A stretch of 63,392 nucleotides of DNA from Candidatus Aquitaenariimonas noxiae. Its GTDB lineage: Bacteria; Omnitrophota; Gorgyraeia; Aquitaenariimonadales; Aquitaenariimonadaceae. Under the pieces are notes generated by a model, which did no database searches, had not been told where the DNA came from, and saw nothing but the letters and a program-made list of their open reading frames with translations. This document shows positions 1 to 9,593 of the stretch, one piece after another. The position numbers and the translations under genes were made by a program. Each line of letters opens with the position of its first letter. Positions within the stretch are counted from its first letter, which is position 1. The stretch covers positions 1-63,392 of the forward strand of contig PEWV01000060.1 of NCBI GenBank assembly GCA_002780005.1, read 5' to 3'.

Positions 1-3
1 CAT
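1..3 (-). CDS. Start codon of a gene running off the left edge (partial)
   Basis: CAT at 1-3 with an SD (AAAGGAGG on minus, cctccttt at 9-16) just upstream. Confidence 0.5.
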
Positions 4-102
4 GTGATCCTCCTTTGAGAAGGATCATTATAGCAACTTTGGAACAGGACATTCTTGCTTTGTTAAAACCGGACATTATTGTATTGCGATTACAGGTTTT
101 TC

Positions 103-993
103 TTATTTTCGCTTTATTATATACGAAGGGATAAGCCGGGAAGGGCGGTATGAAAGTTTTACTTTTTTAATGTTTTCTAAGAACGAGTCATCCATTGTGT
201 TTATATATTTATAGTTTAATTCTCTTGAGAACTGGCGGAATATGAACTGGGCCAGGCCATTAATAGATAAGTCTGTTATCTCGTATAAAATGCAGAAGGT
301 TTCATGATTCAATTCAAACCCGAAAGTGAAGGCTTTAAATTTGCTGTCTACCGTTACGATCCTACCTACCATATCTAAATATTTATAAGATTTTAACATG
401 GTCTCTAACGCTATCTTGCTGTCTCTAAGCATATATTCATATGCGCTGTCTTGGCTTTTATCTCCACGCTGCCTTGACCAAAAATCATATAATTTAAGGC
501 ATTCTTCTTTGTATTTTAAAGAAAAGGGGAGGTATTTAAAATTATAATGTTTAACAAAGTGATTAAAACTAGAGCGCTTACTCTTAAATTTATCTCCTTT
601 GAGTTGCGCTAAATCTTCTTTTTTGTATACATAGTCATTAGATTTAGGCATGTATTCATAGCCTAAATTCTTGTAAAAAGACAGTGTTCTTTCTTCCGCA
701 TTCTCAATGCGTGATATTTCTTTATTATTATTCATCTTGTCCATGATAGAAAATACTTCGTCAATGATTTTGGCGGAAGGTTGTACGCTTAACGGCGGCA
801 GATACATAAAGCAGCCTGCGTGATCTTTAAAAAAAATACATAGGCTTTCTTCGATTTTGATCCAATATATTTCAAAAAGTTTCTTCCAAATAAAAATATT
901 CTCGAACGCATAAGAGGACAGCCCGTGGGTTTCAAGCTTTAAGGACTTGTTAAAATATTTTTTATCACTAATATTTAATTTATGGATCTTCAT
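103..993 (-). CDS. DUF2156 / phosphatidylglycerol lysyltransferase-like (GNAT-fold) domain protein
   Basis: 296-aa ORF; YxFxNxFIW, DYVY, KRSSFNHF and C-terminal K-x-KLSYRP motifs typical of DUF2156. Confidence 0.75.
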   Translation of the reverse strand: MKIHKLNISDKKYFNKSLKLETHGLSSYAFENIFIWKKLFEIYWIKIEESLCIFFKDHAGCFMYLPPLSVQPSAKIIDEVFSIMDKMNNNKEISRIENAEERTLSFYKNLGYEYMPKSNDYVYKKEDLAQLKGDKFKSKRSSFNHFVKHYNFKYLPFSLKYKEECLKLYDFWSRQRGDKSQDSAYEYMLRDSKIALETMLKSYKYLDMVGRIVTVDSKFKAFTFGFELNHETFCILYEITDLSINGLAQFIFRQFSRELNYKYINTMDDSFLENIKKVKLSYRPSRLIPSYIIKRK

Positions 994-996
994 CGA

Positions 997-1491
997 TTAT
1001 AACGAAATGGTTGAGATATTTAAAACTTTCGGATATTTATGTATGATACGCGGGGTATTTTTTAAAATTTTTTTGAACGCCACGCTCCTCACAAATTTGG
1101 TTATGTACCGCGTGTATTCCTTCAATTCATCGGAATCAAGCTTTGCTTTAATATACGAGCAATTAATATCAACGGCTAAAAAAACCTTTTTACCTGTCCG
1201 GTTAATAAGGAACGGGTATAAGGCGCATTCGAACGGCCGGAACGCGTAAGCCTTACATTCGCTGTTTTTTATATTAAGGAGCGGGCAAATAAAGATCTTT
1301 TCATCTAAAATCGGTATAAGTTTTATTTTTTTGCTTTTGGTAATAGCTGTGGGCTGGAGGGCATTGCTATTTAATAAACTTTTTATATCCCCGTCTAAAA
1401 GATGCGGCGTCCAAACAGAATCCTTTTTAATAAAACGGCAGCATATTTTACACTTAAGGCAAAAATCGTTTGGGATAAATTGGTTTATCAT
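997..1491 (-). CDS. YkgJ family cysteine-cluster protein
   Basis: CLKCKICC, CPLL, C-x-x-Y-x-x-RPFEC-x-LYP motifs. Confidence 0.85.
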   Translation of the reverse strand: MINQFIPNDFCLKCKICCRFIKKDSVWTPHLLDGDIKSLLNSNALQPTAITKSKKIKLIPILDEKIFICPLLNIKNSECKAYAFRPFECALYPFLINRTGKKVFLAVDINCSYIKAKLDSDELKEYTRYITKFVRSVAFKKILKNTPRIIHKYPKVLNISTISL

Positions 1492-2327
1492 TGCGACAAC
1501 GGTCTTGATTGAAAGGAGATAATTTTTTTCTGCACTGCCTTATCTTGCGGGAACAGCGCGAGGATCTTTCTATATAACTCCAGGACCTTCTCGATATCGC
1601 CGAAATTCTCATAAGACGCCGCTAAAAAAGAATAAAGTTCTCTTTTGCCGAATTTGTCCGAGTTCTTATCGGTTATAAGGCCGTAGGCTTTTTCGAAGTT
1701 AAACAAGGCTTTTTTGTAGTCCTTTTTATTTACAAAATAAACTTCGCCTAGTTGCGTATATATCTCCCAAGAGCCGGGGTTATGGATCAAGCCTTCTCTT
1801 AAAAATTTAATGGCTTCATCGGGCTTATTAAGCCTCTGCCCGATCCAATAGCTACCCGTCACATATGCGTCTATATTTTCGGGGTTTAAACGCGTGGAAT
1901 AGTAGAGCCACGGCAAGATCTCTTGCTCTTCTTTTCCGTGAAGATGCATGTGTTTACTTATGCGTATTATTTCACCAATATAAGGAAGTATGCTTATTTT
2001 CGAGACGCTTGATAGTTTATCATTTTTTTTGTGAAAATGCTCGTTGTCATCGGCACACTTGTCTTCGCCATGCGCGTCTTCTGTTTTAGCGCATTCTTTT
2101 TCATCTTTTTTATAAATGCCTCCGTGAAAGTAGAGGTCCGCTTTTATATAAGAATAGTCCGAAAATATTTTTCTTATGTCCCCCAAAGTCTTGTAGAACA
2201 TGTCCTCCTGCGCCACGCCTTTTTTTGAAAAAAAATTGTATCTATAATTGTCTATCGCCGGGGTAAGAAAAAAAAGCAGCGTAATAAGGCTCCCGATATA
2301 TATTAAACTTATTCCTTTTCTATACAT
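1488..2327 (-). CDS. Membrane-anchored TPR protein with His-rich motifs
   Basis: N-terminal TM segment, HMHLHG, TPR-like helices (EAIKFLREGLIHNP, KALFNFEKAY). Confidence 0.7.
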   Translation of the reverse strand: MYRKGISLIYIGSLITLLFFLTPAIDNYRYNFFSKKGVAQEDMFYKTLGDIRKIFSDYSYIKADLYFHGGIYKKDEKECAKTEDAHGEDKCADDNEHFHKKNDKLSSVSKISILPYIGEIIRISKHMHLHGKEEQEILPWLYYSTRLNPENIDAYVTGSYWIGQRLNKPDEAIKFLREGLIHNPGSWEIYTQLGEVYFVNKKDYKKALFNFEKAYGLITDKNSDKFGKRELYSFLAASYENFGDIEKVLELYRKILALFPQDKAVQKKIISFQSRPLSQ

Positions 2328-2333
2328 GATAGA

Positions 2334-3104
2334 TTACAAGAATTTCTTTTTAAGTTTTGAGCAGCTTATATATAAAACTACACTGGTATATAAAATAGTA
2401 TATACTATAACGCCCGAAAGAACCCATAAAGGAAAGGCTTCCCAGGAATGGGCCAATCTTACGCGCAGATCGTAAAATTCGTAATGCGGGATTACATAAT
2501 AAACTATATTCAATAATACGGATTCGATCCCTGTTCGGGAAATAACTATCGCCCGCAGTTTATCCGCAAACCAGATAATAGCAAAATAAATTACAAATGA
2601 CACCGTAATGCCGGCGGAAAGAGTTAAGTATAGCGTAAGCAATATAGATATAGCGGATACTAGGCTTAAAAAACAAATACCCATTATATAAGCCTGGATA
2701 ACTAATGAAAACGCTATCCCTTCGCCCTTGATGCTCGTAACTACGATATAAAGAAAATAAAAAATCGTATAGGCTGAAGACGACGCTAACACAGTTCCGA
2801 GAAACCTGCCTAAAATAAAATGGGTCCTCGTCACCGGTTTTGCCAGTAAAGGCAAAATAGTCTTTGAATCAATTTCTTCGGGTAATTGTTTCGAGGCAAA
2901 TGTAACCGCAATGATAAAAGAAAAAAGCCATAAACAAAAAAATCCTATGTCTTTTATATATCGAGACACGTTCCTGGCGCCAAAGAAGTTTTCTGATAGT
3001 AGAGACACCAGAAGCACCAGCAACATAATAAAAAAAACATAGAAATCTTTTTTTCTTATTAATGCCTTAATTGTGTTCTGGGCTAATATCCATATCTGTC
3101 TCAT
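2334..3104 (-). CDS. ABC-2 type transporter permease
   Basis: Multi-TM; EIDSKTILPLLAKPVTRTHFILGRFLG motif; adjacent to an ABC ATPase. Confidence 0.85.
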   Translation of the reverse strand: MRQIWILAQNTIKALIRKKDFYVFFIMLLVLLVSLLSENFFGARNVSRYIKDIGFFCLWLFSFIIAVTFASKQLPEEIDSKTILPLLAKPVTRTHFILGRFLGTVLASSSAYTIFYFLYIVVTSIKGEGIAFSLVIQAYIMGICFLSLVSAISILLTLYLTLSAGITVSFVIYFAIIWFADKLRAIVISRTGIESVLLNIVYYVIPHYEFYDLRVRLAHSWEAFPLWVLSGVIVYTILYTSVVLYISCSKLKKKFL

Positions 3105-3105
3105 A

Positions 3106-3843
3106 TTACCTATAATTATCCCCTATAATACTTAGAAAATAGCTCTCGAACGTGGTAGAACCGCCTTTTTTTTTAAGAAGATCTCCTAATTTCCCGGCCC
3201 TCAAAAGCTTCCCGTCTTTTATTATGGCCACCTCATCGCAGATCATCTCAACCTCGGAAAGTTCATGCGATGAGAAAAAAATAGTTTTTCCTTCTCTGTG
3301 AAGCTCTTTTATCACATCCCGCATCTTAATTCTTGAGACGGGGTCAAGCCCGCTTGTCGGCTCATCCAGGATAAGGAGGTCAGGGTCATTTATAAGAGCC
3401 TGGGCAAAACTTACTTTCTGCATCATCCCCTTTGAAAATGTCCGCATCAGGTTATCTGCAGCATCCTTAAGGTCGGACAAATCTATAAGCTTTTCTATCT
3501 TGGCTAGGGCGTTTTTCTTCGATATGCCGAATATCTGAGCGTACATATACAACAATTCCCGAGGCGTAAGATACCAGTAATAATTAGCTATTTCAGGCAT
3601 AAAGCCTATTTTCTGTTTAACCGATAAATTATCGGGAGAGGCGCCCATAATAAGCACTTTTCCTTTATAGCGGGGAATAAGCCCTAGGATGATCTTTATT
3701 GTGGTAGTTTTCCCGGCGCCGTTCGGTCCAAGAAAACCATAGATCTGGCCTTTATAGACATTTAAATCCAGGCCTTGCAGGGCTTCTTTTGAATTTTTGC
3801 TTTCATAATTAACGTAAAGTTTTTCTATTTCTATGTATTTCAT
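3106..3843 (-). CDS. ABC transporter ATP-binding protein
   Basis: GPNGAGKT, FSKGM signature, LLILDEP, SSH. Confidence 0.95.
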   Translation of the reverse strand: MKYIEIEKLYVNYESKNSKEALQGLDLNVYKGQIYGFLGPNGAGKTTTIKIILGLIPRYKGKVLIMGASPDNLSVKQKIGFMPEIANYYWYLTPRELLYMYAQIFGISKKNALAKIEKLIDLSDLKDAADNLMRTFSKGMMQKVSFAQALINDPDLLILDEPTSGLDPVSRIKMRDVIKELHREGKTIFFSSHELSEVEMICDEVAIIKDGKLLRAGKLGDLLKKKGGSTTFESYFLSIIGDNYR

Positions 3844-4581
3844 TTATGACGGCCTACCAGTATTTTTGTTAACTGTAAGATCCGATAAAAAGGCATAAAA
3901 GTAATCCGGGTGTTTAATATTCAATAAACTTTTTCTGTTTAGTTCCAGGTCTTTGTAAGTCATTTTGTTTATTTCACTTTCTGAATAGCTTAACATGTTT
4001 TCCGGTTTGCCCTTTGTTATAACGCCAATGCCGGTAGCATCATTGATAACAAACACCTTAAGATCGTTTCTTAGGGAGCGCAGGTTCACTATCGTTTTCC
4101 ATACATCACCGGACCAGGCGCCATCATAATCCGGAAAATTCAACTTTTTCATATCTTCTATAGAGGCGGCGGGATAACCCTTCAATTCCGACGTGGGGCT
4201 GCAGTCATGCATGAGGATAATTCCGTTTTTATCCAGATATTTGAGGCAGTTCAATACATCTTTTAATGATTGGTTGTAGGTATGCAACCCATCTATAAAA
4301 ACGACTTTAATTTTATATTTATTGAGCAGTGACGGATATTTTAAAAAGAACTCGTCACTAGTCATCTTGAAAATAACTTCCTTTTCAAAGAACAGCATTT
4401 TTTTTACTTTTCTTTTAATCACATGGAATAGCGGCGGGTTGATCTGGGGTTCCGGATCTACGCCAAATTTTATTTTCGCATTTATGAACCAAAAATTATA
4501 CCCTTTTGCTATACCGATCTCCAGGTACGTACGGGCATTTAAGCTATCCGCAATTGCTTGTACGATCTCAAGCCTTTTCAT
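3844..4581 (-). CDS. Class I SAM-dependent methyltransferase (Methyltransf_24-like)
   Basis: YLEIGI, FIDGLHTY, MHDC, WSGDVWK motifs. Confidence 0.85.
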   Translation of the reverse strand: MKRLEIVQAIADSLNARTYLEIGIAKGYNFWFINAKIKFGVDPEPQINPPLFHVIKRKVKKMLFFEKEVIFKMTSDEFFLKYPSLLNKYKIKVVFIDGLHTYNQSLKDVLNCLKYLDKNGIILMHDCSPTSELKGYPAASIEDMKKLNFPDYDGAWSGDVWKTIVNLRSLRNDLKVFVINDATGIGVITKGKPENMLSYSESEINKMTYKDLELNRKSLLNIKHPDYFYAFLSDLTVNKNTGRPS

Positions 4582-6094
4582 ATTTTGACACCTCTAATTT
4601 ATCGCTATAGCGCAATTCTTTGATGATCTCCGATATGTCACGGCTTTCTCCTTTACCGACTTTTATAAGGTACGAGGCTATACTCAAGTTCGCGCGCAGC
4701 TTAAAAACCTTGACTTGTTCGCCGAAATCCTCGGGCAGTTTATCCGAGGCCTCTGCGTATGACCCAATGAAATATTCCTCTTTATATTTTTCCAGTACTT
4801 CCTGAAGGTTGTGGAATTGATACCTGAATTGAGAAAGGAAATATCCGACGTCGAAAGCCCTGGGCAAAGAAATAGAACTGTCAAAATCTATCACAGAGAC
4901 AAAAAGCGTGCTGATATCGCGCGAGCGGTCCTGGCCTATAATAACATTCTTCGGGTGATAATCGCCGTGACATTGCACAAATGATTTTTTATCCCCCAAG
5001 AGGGTCTGTTCCTCTTTTTTCCTTAAAAACTCTATAACGGTTTTTATATACTTGGTATGTGGGTTATTGGTTTTCACAAAAGCTTCTTCGTATCCTGTAA
5101 ATCTTTTTCTTTCACGCGCTATAGCATCATCCGGATCGCTCATACGTAACTTCATATTATGCAATTTGGCAAGCCACTGTGCGGTGATCTTAAAATATTC
5201 CATGCCTATGGTATCATTCACGTACCCAAGCACGTCAAATAAGCTTGAACCGCGCTGCCCTTCTTCGATGATAAGCTTATCTTTTTCATCAATATCCACG
5301 ATTTTTGGAACGCGATATTTTCCACGATCAAATCCATTTTTATATACCTCTTCTCTTATTTTAAGCGAATTCTTGACCTGTTCCCACCTCTTATCATCGG
5401 TTATTTTTTTTGTAATAAGCCTTGTCCTGAACTCATCAGAACCCTTTATCCCCATTGTTATTTCCGTAACTGTAATATTGCTCCCTGACTTGGGTATTTC
5501 TTTAAAGAACGGCTTGCATCGCCCTTTCTTTATTTCGACAACAAGCTCCTCGATCGTTGAAATAGGGTGATTTATTTCAGTAGGGAATATAGCCACACTT
5601 TCTTTTGAGTGAGTGTCGCTTCCGCCAACCGCGGTAAATTTATACCGGTGCCAGAGGCTAAGCCCCGTATAATTTTCTTTCGCGTTGTAATTAACATTGA
5701 ATATTTCGATCGCGTCCAAAAGCGGGTTCTTCAACTCTCCCTCGCTGGGGACCTTGCCGTTCCTGAACGGATGGGCCCAGATGAGCGCCGCGTCCGGGAA
5801 GTTCTTTCGTAACTCCTCGATAGATATTACTTTGTCCAATACGTCATTTACCCCGTATACTAAAACATGCCCTATGTCTGTTTCCGCTTCCTGCGCCGAT
5901 AGTATCAGGAAATTATTCTCTACCTCGCTTTTTAACCTTAATTCGCGTATTTCATCCTCGCTCCACTTATATTTATGCTCGGTTATAACGATACCCTGCA
6001 CACCCTTGTCTTGCGCCTGTCTAACGAGTGTGACAGGGTCTACCTGGCTGCATTTTGAGTATTTTGATGAATGGGCATGGATTTCTAGTAGCAT
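4568..6094 (-). CDS. PHP phosphoesterase - aminoglycoside/choline phosphotransferase-like kinase fusion
   Basis: N-terminal HAH, ITEH, AHPFR, GSDTH (PHP); C-terminal HGDYHPKN and IDFD (APH/ChoK-like). Confidence 0.85.
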   Translation of the reverse strand: MLLEIHAHSSKYSKCSQVDPVTLVRQAQDKGVQGIVITEHKYKWSEDEIRELRLKSEVENNFLILSAQEAETDIGHVLVYGVNDVLDKVISIEELRKNFPDAALIWAHPFRNGKVPSEGELKNPLLDAIEIFNVNYNAKENYTGLSLWHRYKFTAVGGSDTHSKESVAIFPTEINHPISTIEELVVEIKKGRCKPFFKEIPKSGSNITVTEITMGIKGSDEFRTRLITKKITDDKRWEQVKNSLKIREEVYKNGFDRGKYRVPKIVDIDEKDKLIIEEGQRGSSLFDVLGYVNDTIGMEYFKITAQWLAKLHNMKLRMSDPDDAIARERKRFTGYEEAFVKTNNPHTKYIKTVIEFLRKKEEQTLLGDKKSFVQCHGDYHPKNVIIGQDRSRDISTLFVSVIDFDSSISLPRAFDVGYFLSQFRYQFHNLQEVLEKYKEEYFIGSYAEASDKLPEDFGEQVKVFKLRANLSIASYLIKVGKGESRDISEIIKELRYSDKLEVSKYEKA

Positions 6095-6130
6095 ACGTTC
6101 GATCCTGCTGTCATAAATGACGAAGACAAA

Positions 6131-7912
6131 TTATGGATAGTTTTCCCAGGTTCCGCTCATTTCGCCATTATATGTATTCGGCGCTCCGCTTGGGGCAAAT
6201 TGCCCTATGGCACTACCCGATAGCTGCTTATCAAAGCTATCAGCGAAACTATTAGCCGGCTGCACTGTTGCCGACCAATCTATAGGGCCGTTGGTATTCG
6301 TAGCGTATCCCGGATTTCCGCCAGCAACCATCACTTCGTCGCCTGTTGTGTAATTCTTAAATGTAAGGCTCCATGAGGGGGATACGTTACTGTTAATAGT
6401 CCCAGCAGTTATAACTCCGGACCATGTCCCGTCTGACTTAAGCGCAATATCCAGAGTCCCTGCGTTAAAACCACCGCCTACCATGTAAGAAAGAGTACCG
6501 CTATAGATAGTAGTAACGGATGATGCGGTAGTGGCGGAAGAAAACGTCTCGCTGAAAATAACCTGGTCTAATGGTCTTGACGCAAGCATTGTATCAGAAC
6601 CTACCTCGCTTGCCGGCAGTACGCTTTGGGCTCCGCCTGAGACAAGTGATTGCTGGAAAGCCCCTTCTGAGGCCGTAGGTGCCGAATAACCATCAATAGC
6701 CTCTGTTCCTGACCATGACTGGTTTAGGTTGTTTCTTTGCTCGTTTGTTGTATCGATTGGAATAGATATCGCTCCTGATGAATCTGCCGATGAATTCTGG
6801 CCGGCTCCTATTTCCGCAGTCTGGCCTGTAATAGTGCTTATCATAAGGCCCTGCCCGCCTTCATAAAAAGCCTGCGTGGAAGTCGGCGTTGTGTCTAGAT
6901 ACATTATTGTCCCGCGGGGACCGCAGATAGCGAGCGGCGTCTTTATCTGGAAGGTTGACTGCTTTCCGCGTTTTTCAATGATGGCCTTTATCTTGCCGTA
7001 TTTTGATTCTAGGGTATTGATATATTCCCCTGTAGAAGGGTCATAGCGCAATGTTTCAAACGCGAGCTCTGTGTTTGACTGAAGGAATACGGTATTCCCG
7101 TTATCGAGATGGATGCCGATCCTTCCGTCCTCACCCGTCTGGATTTTATCGCCTTCGGAGAGAACGTCATTCTGCTGGGTATTCTGCCAATCTTCGGATT
7201 TTTTTCTATATACGCGGGCCGTGCCTGCTGACATGGTAACGACACCGTTCATCTGGGCTTCGCCTTTTGGAAGCCATTTTTTAAGAAGAAACCGTTCAAC
7301 GTCTCTATTGTGAAGCTTCATTTCCGAGTCAAGAAAGGTCTGCTTCTCTCCTGGGGGCGCGTTAAAGGGCACCAAGACCCGCTCGCCTGTCATCGTTTCC
7401 ACAACTTTCTCTGGGATAGATAAATTAGATACCGAGATCTTGCCTTCTTTAACCAAGACGCCTGTTTTGCCGCCCTGATAAAAAACAAATATATCAGAGC
7501 CTTTAACGCTTCCTGTCGCATTCGGGGTTTCAATAACGAATGTATCGGGCTTACCTGTCTTGGAAACTACTGCCTCGACCTTTCCCCTGGTAAGCTTTAT
7601 ACGCGAATGCTCTCTTGTTTTTTTGTCATCGATCTTATATTCTTCTATTGTGACGCATGTATTCGGACCGAGCTTCAGTATACTCTTGTCGCCGAATTCT
7701 ATCTCGGCCTTTGAGTAGCTCTTTGTCCTTATACGGTCTCCTAAATAAACAGGGTCTTTTATGTTTGCGAAAGCTGACGATGCTCCGTTGTGAGAGATAT
7801 CGGATACGCCTTCGAGATAGGTGATAGTACCTACGGGGTTTTCGTTGTCACAAAAACCGTTCCATGCTATCAATAGAAAAAATATCGCGATCGTTAAGAC
7901 TCTAGTACGCAT
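6131..7912 (-). CDS. Secreted protein with two FecR domains and a C-terminal Gly/Thr/Ser-rich beta domain
   Basis: Signal peptide; two FecR-like repeats (GDRIRT..IETPNATGSVKGS; GDKIQT..IKTPLAICGPRGT). Confidence 0.8.
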   Translation of the reverse strand: MRTRVLTIAIFFLLIAWNGFCDNENPVGTITYLEGVSDISHNGASSAFANIKDPVYLGDRIRTKSYSKAEIEFGDKSILKLGPNTCVTIEEYKIDDKKTREHSRIKLTRGKVEAVVSKTGKPDTFVIETPNATGSVKGSDIFVFYQGGKTGVLVKEGKISVSNLSIPEKVVETMTGERVLVPFNAPPGEKQTFLDSEMKLHNRDVERFLLKKWLPKGEAQMNGVVTMSAGTARVYRKKSEDWQNTQQNDVLSEGDKIQTGEDGRIGIHLDNGNTVFLQSNTELAFETLRYDPSTGEYINTLESKYGKIKAIIEKRGKQSTFQIKTPLAICGPRGTIMYLDTTPTSTQAFYEGGQGLMISTITGQTAEIGAGQNSSADSSGAISIPIDTTNEQRNNLNQSWSGTEAIDGYSAPTASEGAFQQSLVSGGAQSVLPASEVGSDTMLASRPLDQVIFSETFSSATTASSVTTIYSGTLSYMVGGGFNAGTLDIALKSDGTWSGVITAGTINSNVSPSWSLTFKNYTTGDEVMVAGGNPGYATNTNGPIDWSATVQPANSFADSFDKQLSGSAIGQFAPSGAPNTYNGEMSGTWENYP

Positions 7913-7935
7913 AAGACACCGCCCTTCTTACGTAT

Positions 7936-9465
7936 CTAAAATTGGTATTTAGCCCCTATACTATATACATTTCTTTTATATTTAAAGATGCCTATCGATG
8001 CCGCATCGTTTACAAACGTGTGCTGCAGTTGAAATTCAAAATTATCAAATACTTCATACGCGACCAGATTTGATACGGTAAAAACGTCGTCATGGCGTTC
8101 TTTGTCATATGTCGTATTCCGTTTTGAAAAATCCTGCCTGAAATAATCTCCGGCGACGCTCCACTTGACCTTTTTGACGATAGGAACTGTGGCGCTTGCG
8201 GTCAGGCGATTGCCTAAATATTTCCAGTTGTTACCTTCCGCGTCTTCTTTATTCATGGCATAGCGCAGGTTAAAAAAACCTTCTTTATTTCTGCCGAAAA
8301 AGTAAAACCATCCTAAAGACCCTAGATATTCGTTAGAGTCCCTATCATTATCTTCGCTTGTAACGGTCCAGGCGTAATCTTTGATATTGTACTGCAGTAA
8401 AAGTTGAACCATTTTATCATTACCGATCATTACATTGTTTAAATTACTTATACCTATTATTTCAAGGTACCTCTTGTCATTCACCGTAACATAATTATAA
8501 TGCACGGGAAAACCTATAACAGCCTTTTTGGCGTAAAATGCTGGCTGCAATGCAAAATCATGGCTTACCGTATCGTAAAAATCAAGATCAAATTGTTTAG
8601 CTCCGTAAAGAGAGTATGAGGCCCTTGTCCCAAAAGTTTCGACAGGCTTGAAATTATATTCAACCTGCGCGGTATATACGTGACGCCAGTCTTCTTTGTC
8701 ACTGGCTGCAGCCGCGAGGTCTTCGTTATTTGGTTTTAATATTACGTTGTCGTCGTACTGCAGCGAATAGCCAACGCTGCCTCGGAACGGCCGCATTGCC
8801 TTTTCTTGCCTTTTTAAGATACTTATGTATTCATTCGCGAACTCGGCTAGATCTGTTGCGGGTTGCTGCACAACTATCTCATTAAAGACATTTTTTGCTT
8901 CTTTGAAGTTTTTCGACTGCACATAAGCCAACCCTTTGTAATAACTTACGGTTTGCGCCAGTGAGGCATCAAGCTTTTCCGCCTCTTCAAACGCCTTAAT
9001 CGATTCGTCGGGCGCGGATCCCTCTTTCAAAAGTACAAGCCCCTTAAAGAACGCTGTCTGGGCCGGAGCTATAGCCTCCTTTTCGGCTACGGCTATCCAT
9101 TTTTTTGCCCCTTCCATATCCTCGGATTGATACAAAAGGTCTATTAATTCGGGTATAGCTTCTTTAACTTTTGGCTCGAGCGTGGCCGCGGTTTCAAGGT
9201 CGGGTTTTGCTTCTAAAAAATTTTGAAGCTTTTTGTAAGTAACTCCGCGGTAATATGCGATGCTGGCTGACTGTGGTTCTTCAGTTCTTAATTCTTTAAA
9301 TAAAACCAAAGCCTCTTCATAGTTTTCATGCTGATAAAGCCATATAGCCTTTTCTAATTTGTTGCCTGAACTGCTTGAATCTTGAGGAAAGCAATGAGAA
9401 GGGAAATTAAGCGAGAATATAAATACAATAACAAAAACCAGTATTATTTTTTGTTTATATTCCAC
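7936..9465 (-). CDS. TPR plus outer-membrane beta-barrel protein (Slam/DUF560-like, type XI secretion channel candidate)
   Basis: Signal peptide, TPRs, YDDNV at the barrel start, alternating beta-strands, C-terminal YQF. Confidence 0.75.
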   Translation of the reverse strand: MEYKQKIILVFVIVFIFSLNFPSHCFPQDSSSSGNKLEKAIWLYQHENYEEALVLFKELRTEEPQSASIAYYRGVTYKKLQNFLEAKPDLETAATLEPKVKEAIPELIDLLYQSEDMEGAKKWIAVAEKEAIAPAQTAFFKGLVLLKEGSAPDESIKAFEEAEKLDASLAQTVSYYKGLAYVQSKNFKEAKNVFNEIVVQQPATDLAEFANEYISILKRQEKAMRPFRGSVGYSLQYDDNVILKPNNEDLAAAASDKEDWRHVYTAQVEYNFKPVETFGTRASYSLYGAKQFDLDFYDTVSHDFALQPAFYAKKAVIGFPVHYNYVTVNDKRYLEIIGISNLNNVMIGNDKMVQLLLQYNIKDYAWTVTSEDNDRDSNEYLGSLGWFYFFGRNKEGFFNLRYAMNKEDAEGNNWKYLGNRLTASATVPIVKKVKWSVAGDYFRQDFSKRNTTYDKERHDDVFTVSNLVAYEVFDNFEFQLQHTFVNDAASIGIFKYKRNVYSIGAKYQF

Positions 9466-9501
9466 CGGCCTATTGCCTCTAGTATTACAAATATATGCTA
9501 A

Positions 9502-9530
9502 AGTTTATCATACAACTTTACTAGAGTCAA
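9502..9530 (-). promoter_or_regulatory. Sigma70-type promoter for the Slam/FecR operon
   Basis: TTGACT-N17-TAAACT. Confidence 0.5.
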
Positions 9531-9593
9531 TAGACATTATAAAAAACGAGATTATTTAAGTAATAGCGAGTCAAAAAAATATAAATTTTAAAC

